Shown: positions 53,085 through 64,000 of the stretch, one piece after another
Position numbering within the stretch: the first letter of the stretch is position 1
Layout: each line of letters begins with the position of its first letter
Source: Isurus oxyrinchus
Lineage: Eukaryota
Direction of reading: 5' to 3'
Length of the DNA stretch: 64,000 nt
Assembly: GCA_026770705.1 (NCBI GenBank)
Contig: JANJGN010000013.1
Span: 117,738,001-117,802,000 of the forward strand
Made by a program: the position numbers and the translations under genes
Notes under the pieces: generated by a model
Database searches by the model: none
What the model was told of the DNA's origin: nothing
Seen by the model: the letters and a program-made list of their open reading frames with translations, nothing else

Positions 53085-55791
53085 ATGTCTGTTCCTCTCT
53101 GCGTCAAGATTTCCGTATCTCTCTGTTGCCTTGTTCATCTTCATTGCTTTCTGTTTCTCTCCTGGTGTTTGACAAGGTGTTTACTAAAAGCCGCTTTCAC
53201 AACCAAACCTCCTTTCTTAGGGACTGTCTCTGTCTCTGACTTATCCCACGTGGATTTCAACTGAAATTCCATCCCTCTTGTTTCGAACCCACCCAGGATT
53301 ACAGGTATCTCCGGGACATAAAACGTTTCTCGGACTGCTGTTCCCGTCACATTCTGAGATCCACACTCAGTGCCATGCGCCGCCATATGAACACACTCGA
53401 CCTCTCCCTCCAGCAGCACCACCGCACCCTTTTTCAAAGCTGTGCGTGCCCCCAGTTTCATTTTATTCTTCATCTCATCCGACGCCTCAACAAGAAACTT
53501 TTTCTCTTTCTCTCAAGTGCTAAGGAACGCAAGCTCCAACAACTCATCGACACCAACACCCATCTAGGATCCTCCACCCCTGCCTGTCCCTCCGTCCCCA
53601 CCCCATCTTCCAATCCCAGCCCCGGCCGAGTATTCACTATACCCCCTGAACTTTCCCTGTCCGATGCTAAACGTTCAGTGCTCAGCAAAGGACTTAGTTT
53701 CATACCCTTAAGCCCTCATCTCAATGAATTTCGGGCTCGGCACAATGCTGAACTCTTCTTCCACCGTCTTCGTCTCCGTGCTCACTTCTTTGGGCAGGAG
53801 TCCTCTCCCCGTTCAATGGATCCTTTTACCCACCTCCAATATTCTCCCTCCACCTGGACCCCTCCCTCTGGATTCTTAGCTTCTCTTGATCTTTACATTG
53901 AGAACTGTCGGCACGACATTAGTCGTCTCAATTTCTCTGCTCCTCTCACCCATTCTAATCTGTCTCTCTCTGAACTTACTGCACTCCGTTCTCTCATGTC
54001 CAACCCCAACATTGTCATCAAACCCGCTGACAAGGCTGGTGCTGTTGTTGTCTGGCGCACTGACCTCTACCTCGCGGAGGCTGAGCGTCAACTCGCAGAC
54101 ACTTCCTCCTCCCTCTCCCTGGACCATGAACCCACCACTGAACATCAAGCCATTGTTTCCAGGATTGTCACTGCCTCATCTCCTCTAGAGATCTTCCTTC
54201 CACAGCTTCCAATCTGATCGTCACCCAACCTCGGTCGGCCCGCTTCTACCTCCTACCCAAAATCCACAAACTGAACTGTCCCGGTAGACCAATTGTGTCA
54301 GCCTGCTCCTGCCCCACGAACTAATTTCTCGTTATCTTGACTCCCTTCTCTCTCCCCTTGTCCAGTCCCTTCCTCTGACACTTTACTTCACATCAACAAT
54401 TTCCAGTTCCCTGGCCCCAACCGCTTCCTCTTCACGATGGACGTCCAATCCCTCTACACCTCCATCCCCCACCAGGATGGTCTGAGGGCCCTTAGCTTCT
54501 TCCTCGAACAGAGGTACAAACAATCCCCATCCACCACTACTCTGCTCCGTCTGGCTGAACTTATTCTCACACTGAACAATTTCTCCTTCAACTCCTCCCA
54601 CTTCCTCCAACTAAAAGGTGTGGCTATGGGTACCCGCATGGGCCTCAGCTATGCCTGTCTCTTTATGGGGTATGTGGAACATTCCTTGTTCCAGTCCTAC
54701 TCTGGCCCCCTTCCACAACTCTTTCTCCGATACATCGATGATTACTTCGGTGCTGCTTCATGCTCTCGTCGGGACTTGGAAAAATTTATTAATTTTGCTT
54801 CCAATCTCCACCCCTTCAACATTTTCACATGGTCCATCTCTGACACTTCCCTTCCCTTCCTTGACCTCTCTGTCTTAATCTCTGGTGATAGACTGTCCAC
54901 CAATATCCATTACAAGCCTACCGACTCCCACAGCTACCTCGACTACAGCTCCTCACACACCGCTTCCTGTAAGGACTCCATTCCATTCTCTCAGTTCCTT
55001 AGCCTCCGTTGCATCTGTTCTGATGATGCTACCTTCAAAAACAGTTCGTCTGACATGTCCTCCTTCTTCCTTTACCGAGGTTTTCCACCCACGGTCGTTG
55101 ACAGGACCCTCAACCGTGTCCGGCCCATCTCCCGTGCATCCGCCCTCACACCTTCTCCTCCCTCCCAGAAACATGATAGGGTCCCCCTTGTCCTCACTTA
55201 TCACCCCACCAGCCTCTGCATTCAAAGGATCATCCTTCGCCAACTCCAGCATGATGCCACCACCAAACACATCTTCCCTTCACCCCCCCGGCGGCATTCC
55301 ATAGGGATCGTTCCCTCCGGGACATCCTGGTCCACTCCTCCATCACCCCCTACTCCTCAACCCCCACCTATGGCACCTCCCCATGCCCACGCAAAAGATG
55401 CAACACCTGCCCCTTCACTTCCTCTCTCCTCACCGTCCAAGGGCCCAAACACTCCTTTCAAGTGAAGCAGCATTTCACTTGCATTTCCCCCAACTTAGTC
55501 TACTGCATTCATTGCTCCCAATGCGGTCTCCTCTACATTGGAGAGACCAAACAGAAACTGGGCGACCACTTTGCAGAACACCAGCGGTCTGTCCGCAAGA
55601 ATGACCCAAACCTCCCTGTCGCTTGCCATTTTAACATTCCACCCTGTTCTCTTGCCCACATGTCTGTCCTTGGCTTGCTGCATTGTTCCAGTGAAGCCCA
55701 ACGCAAACTGGAGGAACAACACCTCATCTTCCGACTAGGCACTTTACAGCCTTCCGGACTGAATATTGAATTCAACAACTTTAGATCTTGA
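53085..55791 (+). pseudogene. Penelope RT plus GIY-YIG endonuclease ORF, disrupted by a stop and several frameshifts
   Basis: pieces 53375-54217, 54437-55465 and 55462-55791; TGA at 53237-53239; start position approximate. Confidence 0.9.
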
Positions 55792-56159
55792 ACTCCTTCC
55801 TCCATCCCCACCCCCTTTCTGTTTCTTCCCCCTTCCTTTTGTTTTTTCCAATAATTTATATAGATTTTTCTTTTCCCACCTATTTCCATTATTTTTAAAT
55901 TTTTTATGCCCTGCTAGCCTTTCCACCCCACCCCCACTAGAGCTGTACCTTGAGTGCCCTACTATCCATTCTTAATTAGCACATTTGCTTAGATAATATC
56001 GTCACCATCAACACCTCTGTGTTCTTTTGTCTGTGACATCTTTTGATTATCAGCTCCTATCACTGCTTGCTTGTCCCTACAACCCCACCCCCCCCACCCC
56101 CACCCCACCCCACTTCCCCTAAACCAGCTTATATTTCACCCCTTTCCTAAGATTCACTC

Positions 56160-56198
56160 AGTTCTGTTGAAGGGTCATGAGGACTCGAAACGTCAACT
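56160..56198 (+). ncRNA. minimal type I hammerhead ribozyme motif in the terminal pseudo-LTR
   Basis: AGUU-CUGUUGA-A-GGGUC-augag-GACUC-GAAA-CG-UC-AACU; predicted cleavage after GUC at 56194. Confidence 0.75.
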
Positions 56199-56450
56199 CT
56201 TTTCTTCTCCGCCAATGCTGCCAGACCTGCTGAGTTTTTCCAGGTAATTCTGTTTTTGTTTTGGATTTCCAGCATCCACAGTTTTTTGTTTTCATTAACT
56301 TTATTTTGTAAGAAAGTATATTTGCATTTCCTGTTTACAGCAAATAGTGCAATGGACCTAAGATATGCACATGGAAGTCCATATCAATATCTTTTATATA
56401 TTGGACTGTATTCTTCACAGGATCAGTCAAGTGTTAGCAAAGAAAATAAA

Positions 56451-57100
56451 GGGCTGAATTCTCCGGTTGGTGAGCGGCGGCAGGGCCCGCTCACCAGCGC
56501 ATAAAATGACGCATGGTGACATCGGATGGGCGACCCGGCGTCATTGCACATCATTTAGATTTCCTGTTCGGCGGGCACTCAGCTGAGTCAGCTGCGCACC
56601 CGCTGAACTGTCAAAGGCCTATTAAGGCCTGGTAAAAACTAATTTAAGTAACTAAATGAGCTGCCTGTCCAACCTTAAGGTTGGCGGGCTTGCGAAGAGC
56701 CCAGGCGGCCTTCACATTTTTCATGAAACCTCATCCAAGGGTGGGATGAGGTTTCATGAAGTATTTTAAGATTCAGTAAAAATTTTTAAAATAATTCTTT
56801 GACATGTCCCAGCTCATGTGATAGTGTCACATGAGGTGACATGTTTTAAAAGTTTTTAATTACTTTATTTCAGTTTTTAAATATCAAACTGATCTCCCTG
56901 AGGCACCTCTGTGCCTCAGAGAGATTTCTGCACCCGCGAAAGAGTGCTGGCCCCGACTCAGGGAATCCCCCCCCCCCACCACTCAGAAAGCGTCCAGCAC
57001 TTCTGAGCAAGCATCATGCTGGGCAGGCCTTAATTGGTCCACCCACGTAAAATGGCAGCCCGACCCTGCACAAACCCCCAACAGGGGGAAAACTTTCCCC
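56451..57100. mobile_element. full MITE copy, opposite orientation to 1360-2030
   Basis: GGGCTGAATTCT...AAAACTTTCCCC; AAA on both sides; perfect internal 17-bp hairpin at 56720-56760. Confidence 0.82.
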
Positions 57101-57404
57101 AAAATTACTCATTTATATCAAAAATCAAAAAGACACTACTTCCAGTTATTAACTTAGCTCAAAGGCACAATGCCAATTGATTTACTTTTAAGCTTCAAGA
57201 CTGCACCAGCTTTGCGATCGTTCACACAATGCCTGACTGTCACATGGAGATGTCCTTCAAAGGTCGGACATGTCACACAAAGAGGGAGCAAAGGAAAAGG
57301 ACTCAGGCTTAATGTCAACTTAGGTCTGGACTGCTCTATCACATCACCAGAGACCCAGAAAGTAGCTTGCCCCAAGCTTAAGATTTGGGAAGTGGAAATA
57401 TAAT

Positions 57405-58270
57405 AACAAAATTTGCAGATGACACCAAATTGGGAATACAGTTCAGTTAATGCTGAAGAAGACTATTACAAAATACAAGATGATGATGCAGAATGCCCAC
57501 GTAAATGACAAAAGAACTTCAAGATAGAGAATTGTGCAGTGTTACATTTTTTTACAAGGAATAATGAGGCCACCTACTCCTTGGAAGTTAAGAATCTAAA
57601 TGGGATAGAGGCGCAAAGGAATCTACTGGTACAGATTCATAAATCATTAAAAGGGGCAACGCAGGTTTACAAAGCATTAAGAAGTGCATTTGGGTTCACT
57701 TCTAGAGGAATAGAATTCAGAAGCAGAGAAATATTTAAATGAAAACTTACATGAAACCTTGCTTTAGAGTGCACTTGGAGAACTGGGCCCAGTGGCCTTC
57801 TTATTACAAAAAGCATATTGAAGCACCGGTGATAAAGCGTAAAGGGTACAGCCATCGGGAAAGACTGAACAAGTTTGGGAAAAGAGAAAACTGAGATGTT
57901 GCCTAATAAAGACCTTTAAAATAATGATGAGGTTTCATCGGGTAAATATTAAGATGTTTCCACTTGTGGGGAGTCCAAAACTAGGGGCCTTTGATATCAA
58001 ATAGTCACTGATAAATTCAATAAGGACTTCAGGAGAGACATCTTTACTCAGAGAGTGATGAGAATGTAAAATTTACTACCACATGGAGTGGTTGAGGAAA
58101 ACAGCATTGATGCATTTAAGAGGATGCAAGGTAAGTATATAGGAGAGAAAGGAATAAGAGGGTGTGTTGATCAGGTAAGATAAAGTAAGTTGGCAGGAGC
58201 TTCATGTAGTCTATAGATACCCACACGTCTGTTGGGCTGTATGTCCTATTTCTGTGTTGTAAAATTCTAT
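57405..58270 (+). mobile_element. highly decayed CR1 fragment
   Basis: aaatttgcagatgacacc (KFADDT) and CR1-type 3' region. Confidence 0.75.
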
Positions 58271-58421
58271 GCAAATGATTTAACTTGAACAAGGTAGTTG
58301 GGATGCCTGACATCATTGAACCATGTGCCAGCAAGACTCTGTATCCAATTTGGAAGAAAATAGAGTAGGAGCAGTTTAAACATAAGCTGCAATTTTTTAA
58401 ACATGTTTTTATTTGTTTCAG

Positions 58422-58611
58422 ACTTTAGATAGATGGGAAAATCAGGGCAGCCCTCAGGCAAACTTCTCAGCACAGCACCTACCACAGAGTCTCCCCTTCC
58501 CACCTAATGTCCACAGAGCTTCTTTTCCTGACTCTTCTGAAGGATTTGATCAAAGGAAACCTGATCCGTATGAAGTGTATGAGAAGTCAAGAGCTATCTA
58601 TGAGAGTAGGC
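58422..58611 (+). CDS. MAGI2: MAGI2 internal exon (inter-PDZ linker)
   Basis: tttcag acceptor, gtaagt donor; TLDRWENQGSPQANFSAQHLPQSLPFPPNVHRASFPDSSEGFDQRKPDPYEVYEKSRAIYESR. Confidence 0.95.
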
Positions 58612-59175
58612 GTAAGTAAAATCCTTGCCTTTTTCCCCCGCTGGAAAAATAGCTTTTAATGACTGACTCCCAGCTGTTTGACCACCCCTGATAACATTTT
58701 CTGTTGTCATATCTTCTTTAAATGGAGTAGACATACAATAACCTTTAAGAATTCAATTGATCTGCTGTCTGATGTACAATAACATATTTATGCAGCACAA
58801 CAATTTGTATACTAATCTATTTCTTGACCAACTATCAACAAATGCACTGTGTCCTTTGAAAACAATGATGTAAAAGTAAGGTATTCCATTTTAATTATTA
58901 ACTTTACAATTATTATAAATGACAGAAATGTCAGAATCTTTTTATGAACCATCAGTATAGATGTATTGAACCATTTTCATAATATCTGAGTAGAGTGTAG
59001 AATAATTTTCTTACAAGCAGTGCACTGATACATTTAGCAGCTCTTCCTGAACAATTTCTAAATAGTCCTCTGATGGTTAAAACTAATGCAGAGGGATGCT
59101 TGAGTAACTATTGGCAACATGAAGTGTCTCTACGTGAATGCATAGTTTTGCTTAATTCCACGTTTTCCTGTACAG

Positions 59176-59217
59176 AGCAAATGCCACCAAGGACCACATA
59201 TCGGACTGATTCTTCTG
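59176..59217 (+). CDS. MAGI2: MAGI2 42-nt exon with non-canonical GC donor
   Basis: tgtacag acceptor; (Q)QMPPRTTYRTDSS(G) (mammalian QQVPPRTSFRMDSSG as recalled); donor G|GCAAGT; phase 1 at both ends. Confidence 0.88.
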
Positions 59218-60244
59218 GCAAGTACTTTAGCATTCATCATTCTGTAGCTTAAATGTAGCTCCCATTTGTCTGGGTATTGTGATTGTCTAATCCGTCGTCT
59301 GGTTGCAGCCAACTATTTCTGCATGATCATTTACTTTCTCCTCCTGTCCTTTATTCTAATGACAGATCTAAAGCATTGTAAATAACAACAGCTATAACAG
59401 AGAAGCCTTAACTAATCATTTTACTCATTGGTGCAAATTTCATAGCCATTTGATGGAAAGCTTCAATTTTCCACAGTGACTTAATGAGGCAGGAGTAAAA
59501 TTGCACTCTATGTACACAATTTATTAGTCACAAATTTGATGTCTGGCAGAGACCATGTTTAAACAGTAGTGAAATGTATGGGAATTATGCCAGTTCTCAA
59601 CTGTTTATTTAGTAAGACAGCTAAAAGCATTACTCTACACTAATGGTCTAAAATGCCAAAGACAATGGTAAACTTAACTTGCTGGCTACACTATACAACA
59701 TTTTTTGGGGTAAGTGAACTTGTTGGATTATCATGGACCTGTAAAATTTTGCAGTGAGGTTAATGAAGATGAGAAACTTCAATGATGTTGCAGTTTAGCA
59801 GATTCACTCCAATGCTTTCAATGCACAATGAATGTGGTGCTAAATTGAGCACTAAATTCATAGAGTAATGAAAATTGGCACAGCTGAATGCCTCAACACC
59901 CAACCAAATAGATGACTTGACTTGCAGCAGTCATGCTTTGATCAACTTGGTGCAATATCCCAGAATCCAGTCCATGTATCATGAGATCGTTACCTGTCCT
60001 ATATATTTACCAGCAGGCTTTGAGACATGTTTTCCCTTCTCGTTTTCTGAGCCAGTCTGTCTATTTCAGTGAGTGAATTGGATGTCAGATACTGCATGCT
60101 CCATAAATTTACACTACCATTCTGTACGCAGTGTCATGTTTTGCATATTTGTGCCTGCACAATACAATGGTGGTCAGTTTTTGGAGGATATTAGAGCATT
60201 TCTAATTTAGGTAAGTATGAAAGTGCCAGCACATAGAAAAGAAA

Positions 60245-60700
60245 GGCTTGCATTTATATAGTGCCTTTCATGACCACAGGACATCCCAAAGTGCTTTACA
60301 GCCAATGGAGTACTTTTGAAGTGTAGTCACTGTTGTAATATAGGAAATCCAACAGCCTATTTGCACACAGCAAGCTCCCACAAACAGCAATGTAACAATG
60401 ATCAGATAATCCTTTCTTTGTCATGATGATTAAGGGATAAATATTAATCAGGACACTGGCAATGACTCCCTTGCTCTTCTTTGAAATAGCCAGGGATCTT
60501 TTATGTCCATCTGAGAGAACAGAAGGGACCTCAGTTTAATATCTCATTTGAAAGGCAGCACCTCTGACAGTGCAGCACTCCTTCAGTATTGCACTGGAGA
60601 GTCAACATTGATTTTGCACTCAAGTCCTGAAATAGGACTTGAATCCATGACTACTTCCAACCCAGAGCTGCAAGTGCTACCAACTGAGCCATGGCTGACA
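60245..60700 (-). mobile_element. full-length tRNA-derived Deu-core SINE with L2-type tail
   Basis: head TGTCAGCCATGGCTCAGTTGGTAGCAC, B box GATTCAAGTCC, Deu-like core, tail ..GGCACTATATAAATGCAAG. Confidence 0.78.
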
Positions 60701-60759
60701 TATGCAAGGCAATGTTGTTAAATGCTCTTACGATGCACTGACTTTAGTTCCCATGTGAC

Positions 60760-61855
60760 TGGTCAGAAAAGTAAAAGCCCTCCCCACCATGGGATCCAAG
60801 GAAAAGTGGCAAGTTGGATCCAAAATTGACTCAAAGACAAGAAGCAAATGGTAATTGTTGATGAGTGTTTTTGTGACTGGTAAGATGCTTCCAGTGGTGT
60901 TCTGCATGCCTCCAAACTCTATGTCCCTTGCCCTTTGTACAATTATTTTGACTTAAATGAGGGGGCATGATTAAGAAGTTTGCAACTGACACAAAAATTT
61001 GCCATGTGGTCGATAGTGAGGAAGAAAGCTGTGGACTGCAGGAAGATATCAATGGATTGGTCAGGTGGGCAGAAAAGTGGCAAATGAATTACAGTCTGGA
61101 GAATTGTGAGATGCATTAGGGAAGACAAACAAGGCAAGGGAATACACAATAAATGGCAGGATACTGAGAAATGTAGAGGAACAGAAGGACCGTGGAGTAT
61201 ATGTCCACAAGCCCCTGAAGGTAACAGAAAAGTTAGTTCAGAAGGAATATGGGATATTTTCCTTTATAAGCCAAGGCATTGAATGTAAGAGCAGAAACTT
61301 ATGCTAGAACTGTAATAAAACGCTATTTAGGCTACATTCATAATACTGCATACAGCTCTAGACACCACATCAGAGGTGGGATGTAATCCCACGAAAGATG
61401 GTAGAGAGATTTACTAAGATGTTGCCAGGACTGGAGAAATCTAAACATGAGGAAATATTGGTAAGGATAGTTTGCTTTATTCGGCACAGAAGAGGCTCAG
61501 AGGAGATTTAATCAAGGTGTATAAAATTATATGAGGAGCCTGACTAGAGTGGACAGTAAGGACCTATTTACCTTAGCAGAGGTCAATAATCAGGGGACAT
61601 GGATTTAAAATAATTGCTAGAAGGATTATAGGAGAGTTGAGAAGAGTTTCTTTCACCCAGAGGGTGGTAGAGATCTGGAACTCACCGCCTGTAGAAGCAG
61701 AAACCCACATCCCATTTTAAAAGTATGTGAAGTGCCATAACATACAAGACCACAGACCAAGAGCTGGAAAATGTGATTAGGCTGGATAATTCTTTAATAA
61801 CTGGCATAGTTGAGGTGGGGCAAATGGCGGCCTCCTATATGGTAAATTTGTATGA
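60760..61855 (+). mobile_element. decayed CR1 fragment
   Basis: colinear with the CR1 at 32645-33750 in reverse orientation. Confidence 0.8.
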
Positions 61856-63688
61856 AAATATAGAATGGAATGATGGAAACATAGTAGGTCATGTTTAGGA
61901 AAGGATTCAATTGCTATCACAATCTGTGGTCACAAAATAGCATATCACCTGCAAAGTATTGGCATCATCTGCTGCCTGCAATATTTATTATGCCATCTAC
62001 AGCTTAGATTTAACCTGTCTACACAACCAACTGGAGAACTGTCATGCCAATCCTTGAATCTGTGAAATTATTTGAGTTACTACCTAAAGCACTCAATTTG
62101 CAAGAAAAATCCCATTTTTAGTACACATGGTGACTGTAGCTTCCATTAATTAAAGAACAAGAACACGGTTTTCACCGTGGATAAACCAAAGTGACTAGAA
62201 AAGGCTCCTTTGTATCACAACCTAATATTGGTAATATGTGTCCTACAAACTTATTGGTTAATCACAGATGTCAGCCACCTCAATCACAAATCATCTACTG
62301 ACCAAATAGCATCCTGCTTGCTGATTGCCCTTTTCTGAGAAAGCAACACAGTAGGGAGATCCTGAAAAAATATGTTTATTTCTAGCAGACTAACTGACTG
62401 ACTAGAAAAGCCCTGCCAAATGCAAGTTATATAGCTCAAACCTTGCAGTTGATTAAAATGTTGTAGGAGGTGCTTGAACAGATTTGATTCACCATCCTTC
62501 ATAACATGTTGAGGTCATAAACTTGTCTTTTGCACTCATGCTGTTTGAATTATACATCTATAAATATATGTTTAAAATGCCACCTCTGGAGTGCTCAAAA
62601 TTATAAGCCGCCTTTGCGCCATCAATGAATAGAAAATGGTGAATATTAAATCCTTGAATCAGGACATCAGTTCTATCTGGAGAAGTTATTGATTATATTT
62701 AGATGATTTGGAGGAGGGTTAGGATAAACTGATAATTATTCCAGAAGTTATGATAAAGTTCCACATATACTTAGAGACTAAAGGTTAGATTTTACCAGCC
62801 CCCTAGGGATGTGCTGGGAGGCTAGGAGGGAAGGCGGAGGTGTGAAGAGCCTGTTGTCTTCCCGCTGACATGGTAAAGAGTGGCCCTCCCACCCAGGGGC
62901 TGTGAGGGCCTCTTCCTTCCGCCACTGGTATTTTACCAGCAGTGGTTGGGTCATTCGTCATGTGGGGAGACCCTGATGAACCTTGACGCCTTCCTATGGC
63001 TTGGTGGGAGCCCTCCTATTTGCACTTTGTGGCCCACAGAGGGAACCCCAGCAGTAATGGCCACCCTGCCCTCATGAACCATCTCCCACTGCCCTCACAG
63101 TGGTCTGCCTTTGGCCTTGGCACTCCCAGACCCCGCTTACTTGATTAGGAGGTGGCCTGCTCCCATGGTTTCATCTTCTTCCAAACACAGTCCCAGTAGT
63201 GGTGATGTTGCTGAGCTGCCAGACTTCTGATTAAAGGGCAGCCTGCCCTTTAAAAGGTCAACAGCAGCCAATTCATTACTGCAGCCCCAAAAAATGTGGC
63301 TGCGTTCCCACAAATGGCTGAGCTGGGTTTGCCCCCAACTTTCTGGCCCCCAGTTTCCAGCCATTCGGTGGGGTCGCTCCCAGCTTTCCACCCTCAGGAC
63401 TCCCACCACAACAATAAAATTGAACCCTAAGCTTCTGTGTATTGTCGGCTACTGTGAATTCAGAAAGATCACAACCAGCAACAGAACCCAAGTTCCATTA
63501 CCACTTAATAACTCAGAATATTTGAATTTTTTTGAAGTGCTTCAATCTAACACAAGCTATAGGTTACAGCTAGCAGGATCCTTGTTTGGTTCTTAAAATC
63601 CTTCTAACCATACAATCTTTCATTGTTGTAACTTGCAATTATTTCTCCCATGTATTGTTTGTGTAATACCTGTGTAGTTGGTGCTTGA

Positions 63689-64000
<312 letters not shown>

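Larger units (their letters stand above)
50762..56295. mobile_element. Penelope-like element: inverted partial copy (-, 50762-52358), upstream pseudo-LTR (+, ~52371-53060), full ORF region and terminal pseudo-LTR (+)
   Basis: RT motifs IKPADKAG, MDVQSLYTSIP, GVAMGTRMG, RYIDD; GIY-YIG VYCIHCSQCGLLYIGET; three copies of the 3' region. Confidence 0.95.

Noticed and set aside
55275-55300. programmed ribosomal frameshift before GIY-YIG
   Set aside because: No in-frame X-XXY-YYZ heptamer; mutation or homopolymer error is simpler

Overview
Eukaryotic vertebrate genomic DNA, almost certainly a cartilaginous fish (shark-type repeats; inferred). The window lies inside a MAGI2 gene on the + strand. Eight internal coding exons (WW2, two complete PDZ domains, linker, start of the next PDZ) splice in frame; they include a 32-nt micro-exon and a 42-nt exon followed by a GC-AG intron. 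The introns hold decayed CR1/L2 LINEs, tRNA-derived SINEs, solo LTRs, a truncated Gypsy element, two PIF/Harbinger relics with many GGGCAGAATTTT-type MITEs, and a 26-bp minisatellite. The most interesting signal is a near-complete Penelope-like element (RT + GIY-YIG; ~50762-56295) with tandem and inverted pseudo-LTRs, each carrying a minimal hammerhead-ribozyme motif; two more such motifs lie in older Penelope relics. A second highlight is a LINE that begins with a tRNA-derived Pol III head, appears to lack ORF1, and has internally deleted SINE derivatives in the same window. All calls were read by eye. Exon and ribozyme coordinates were counted base by base; repeat boundaries are approximate.
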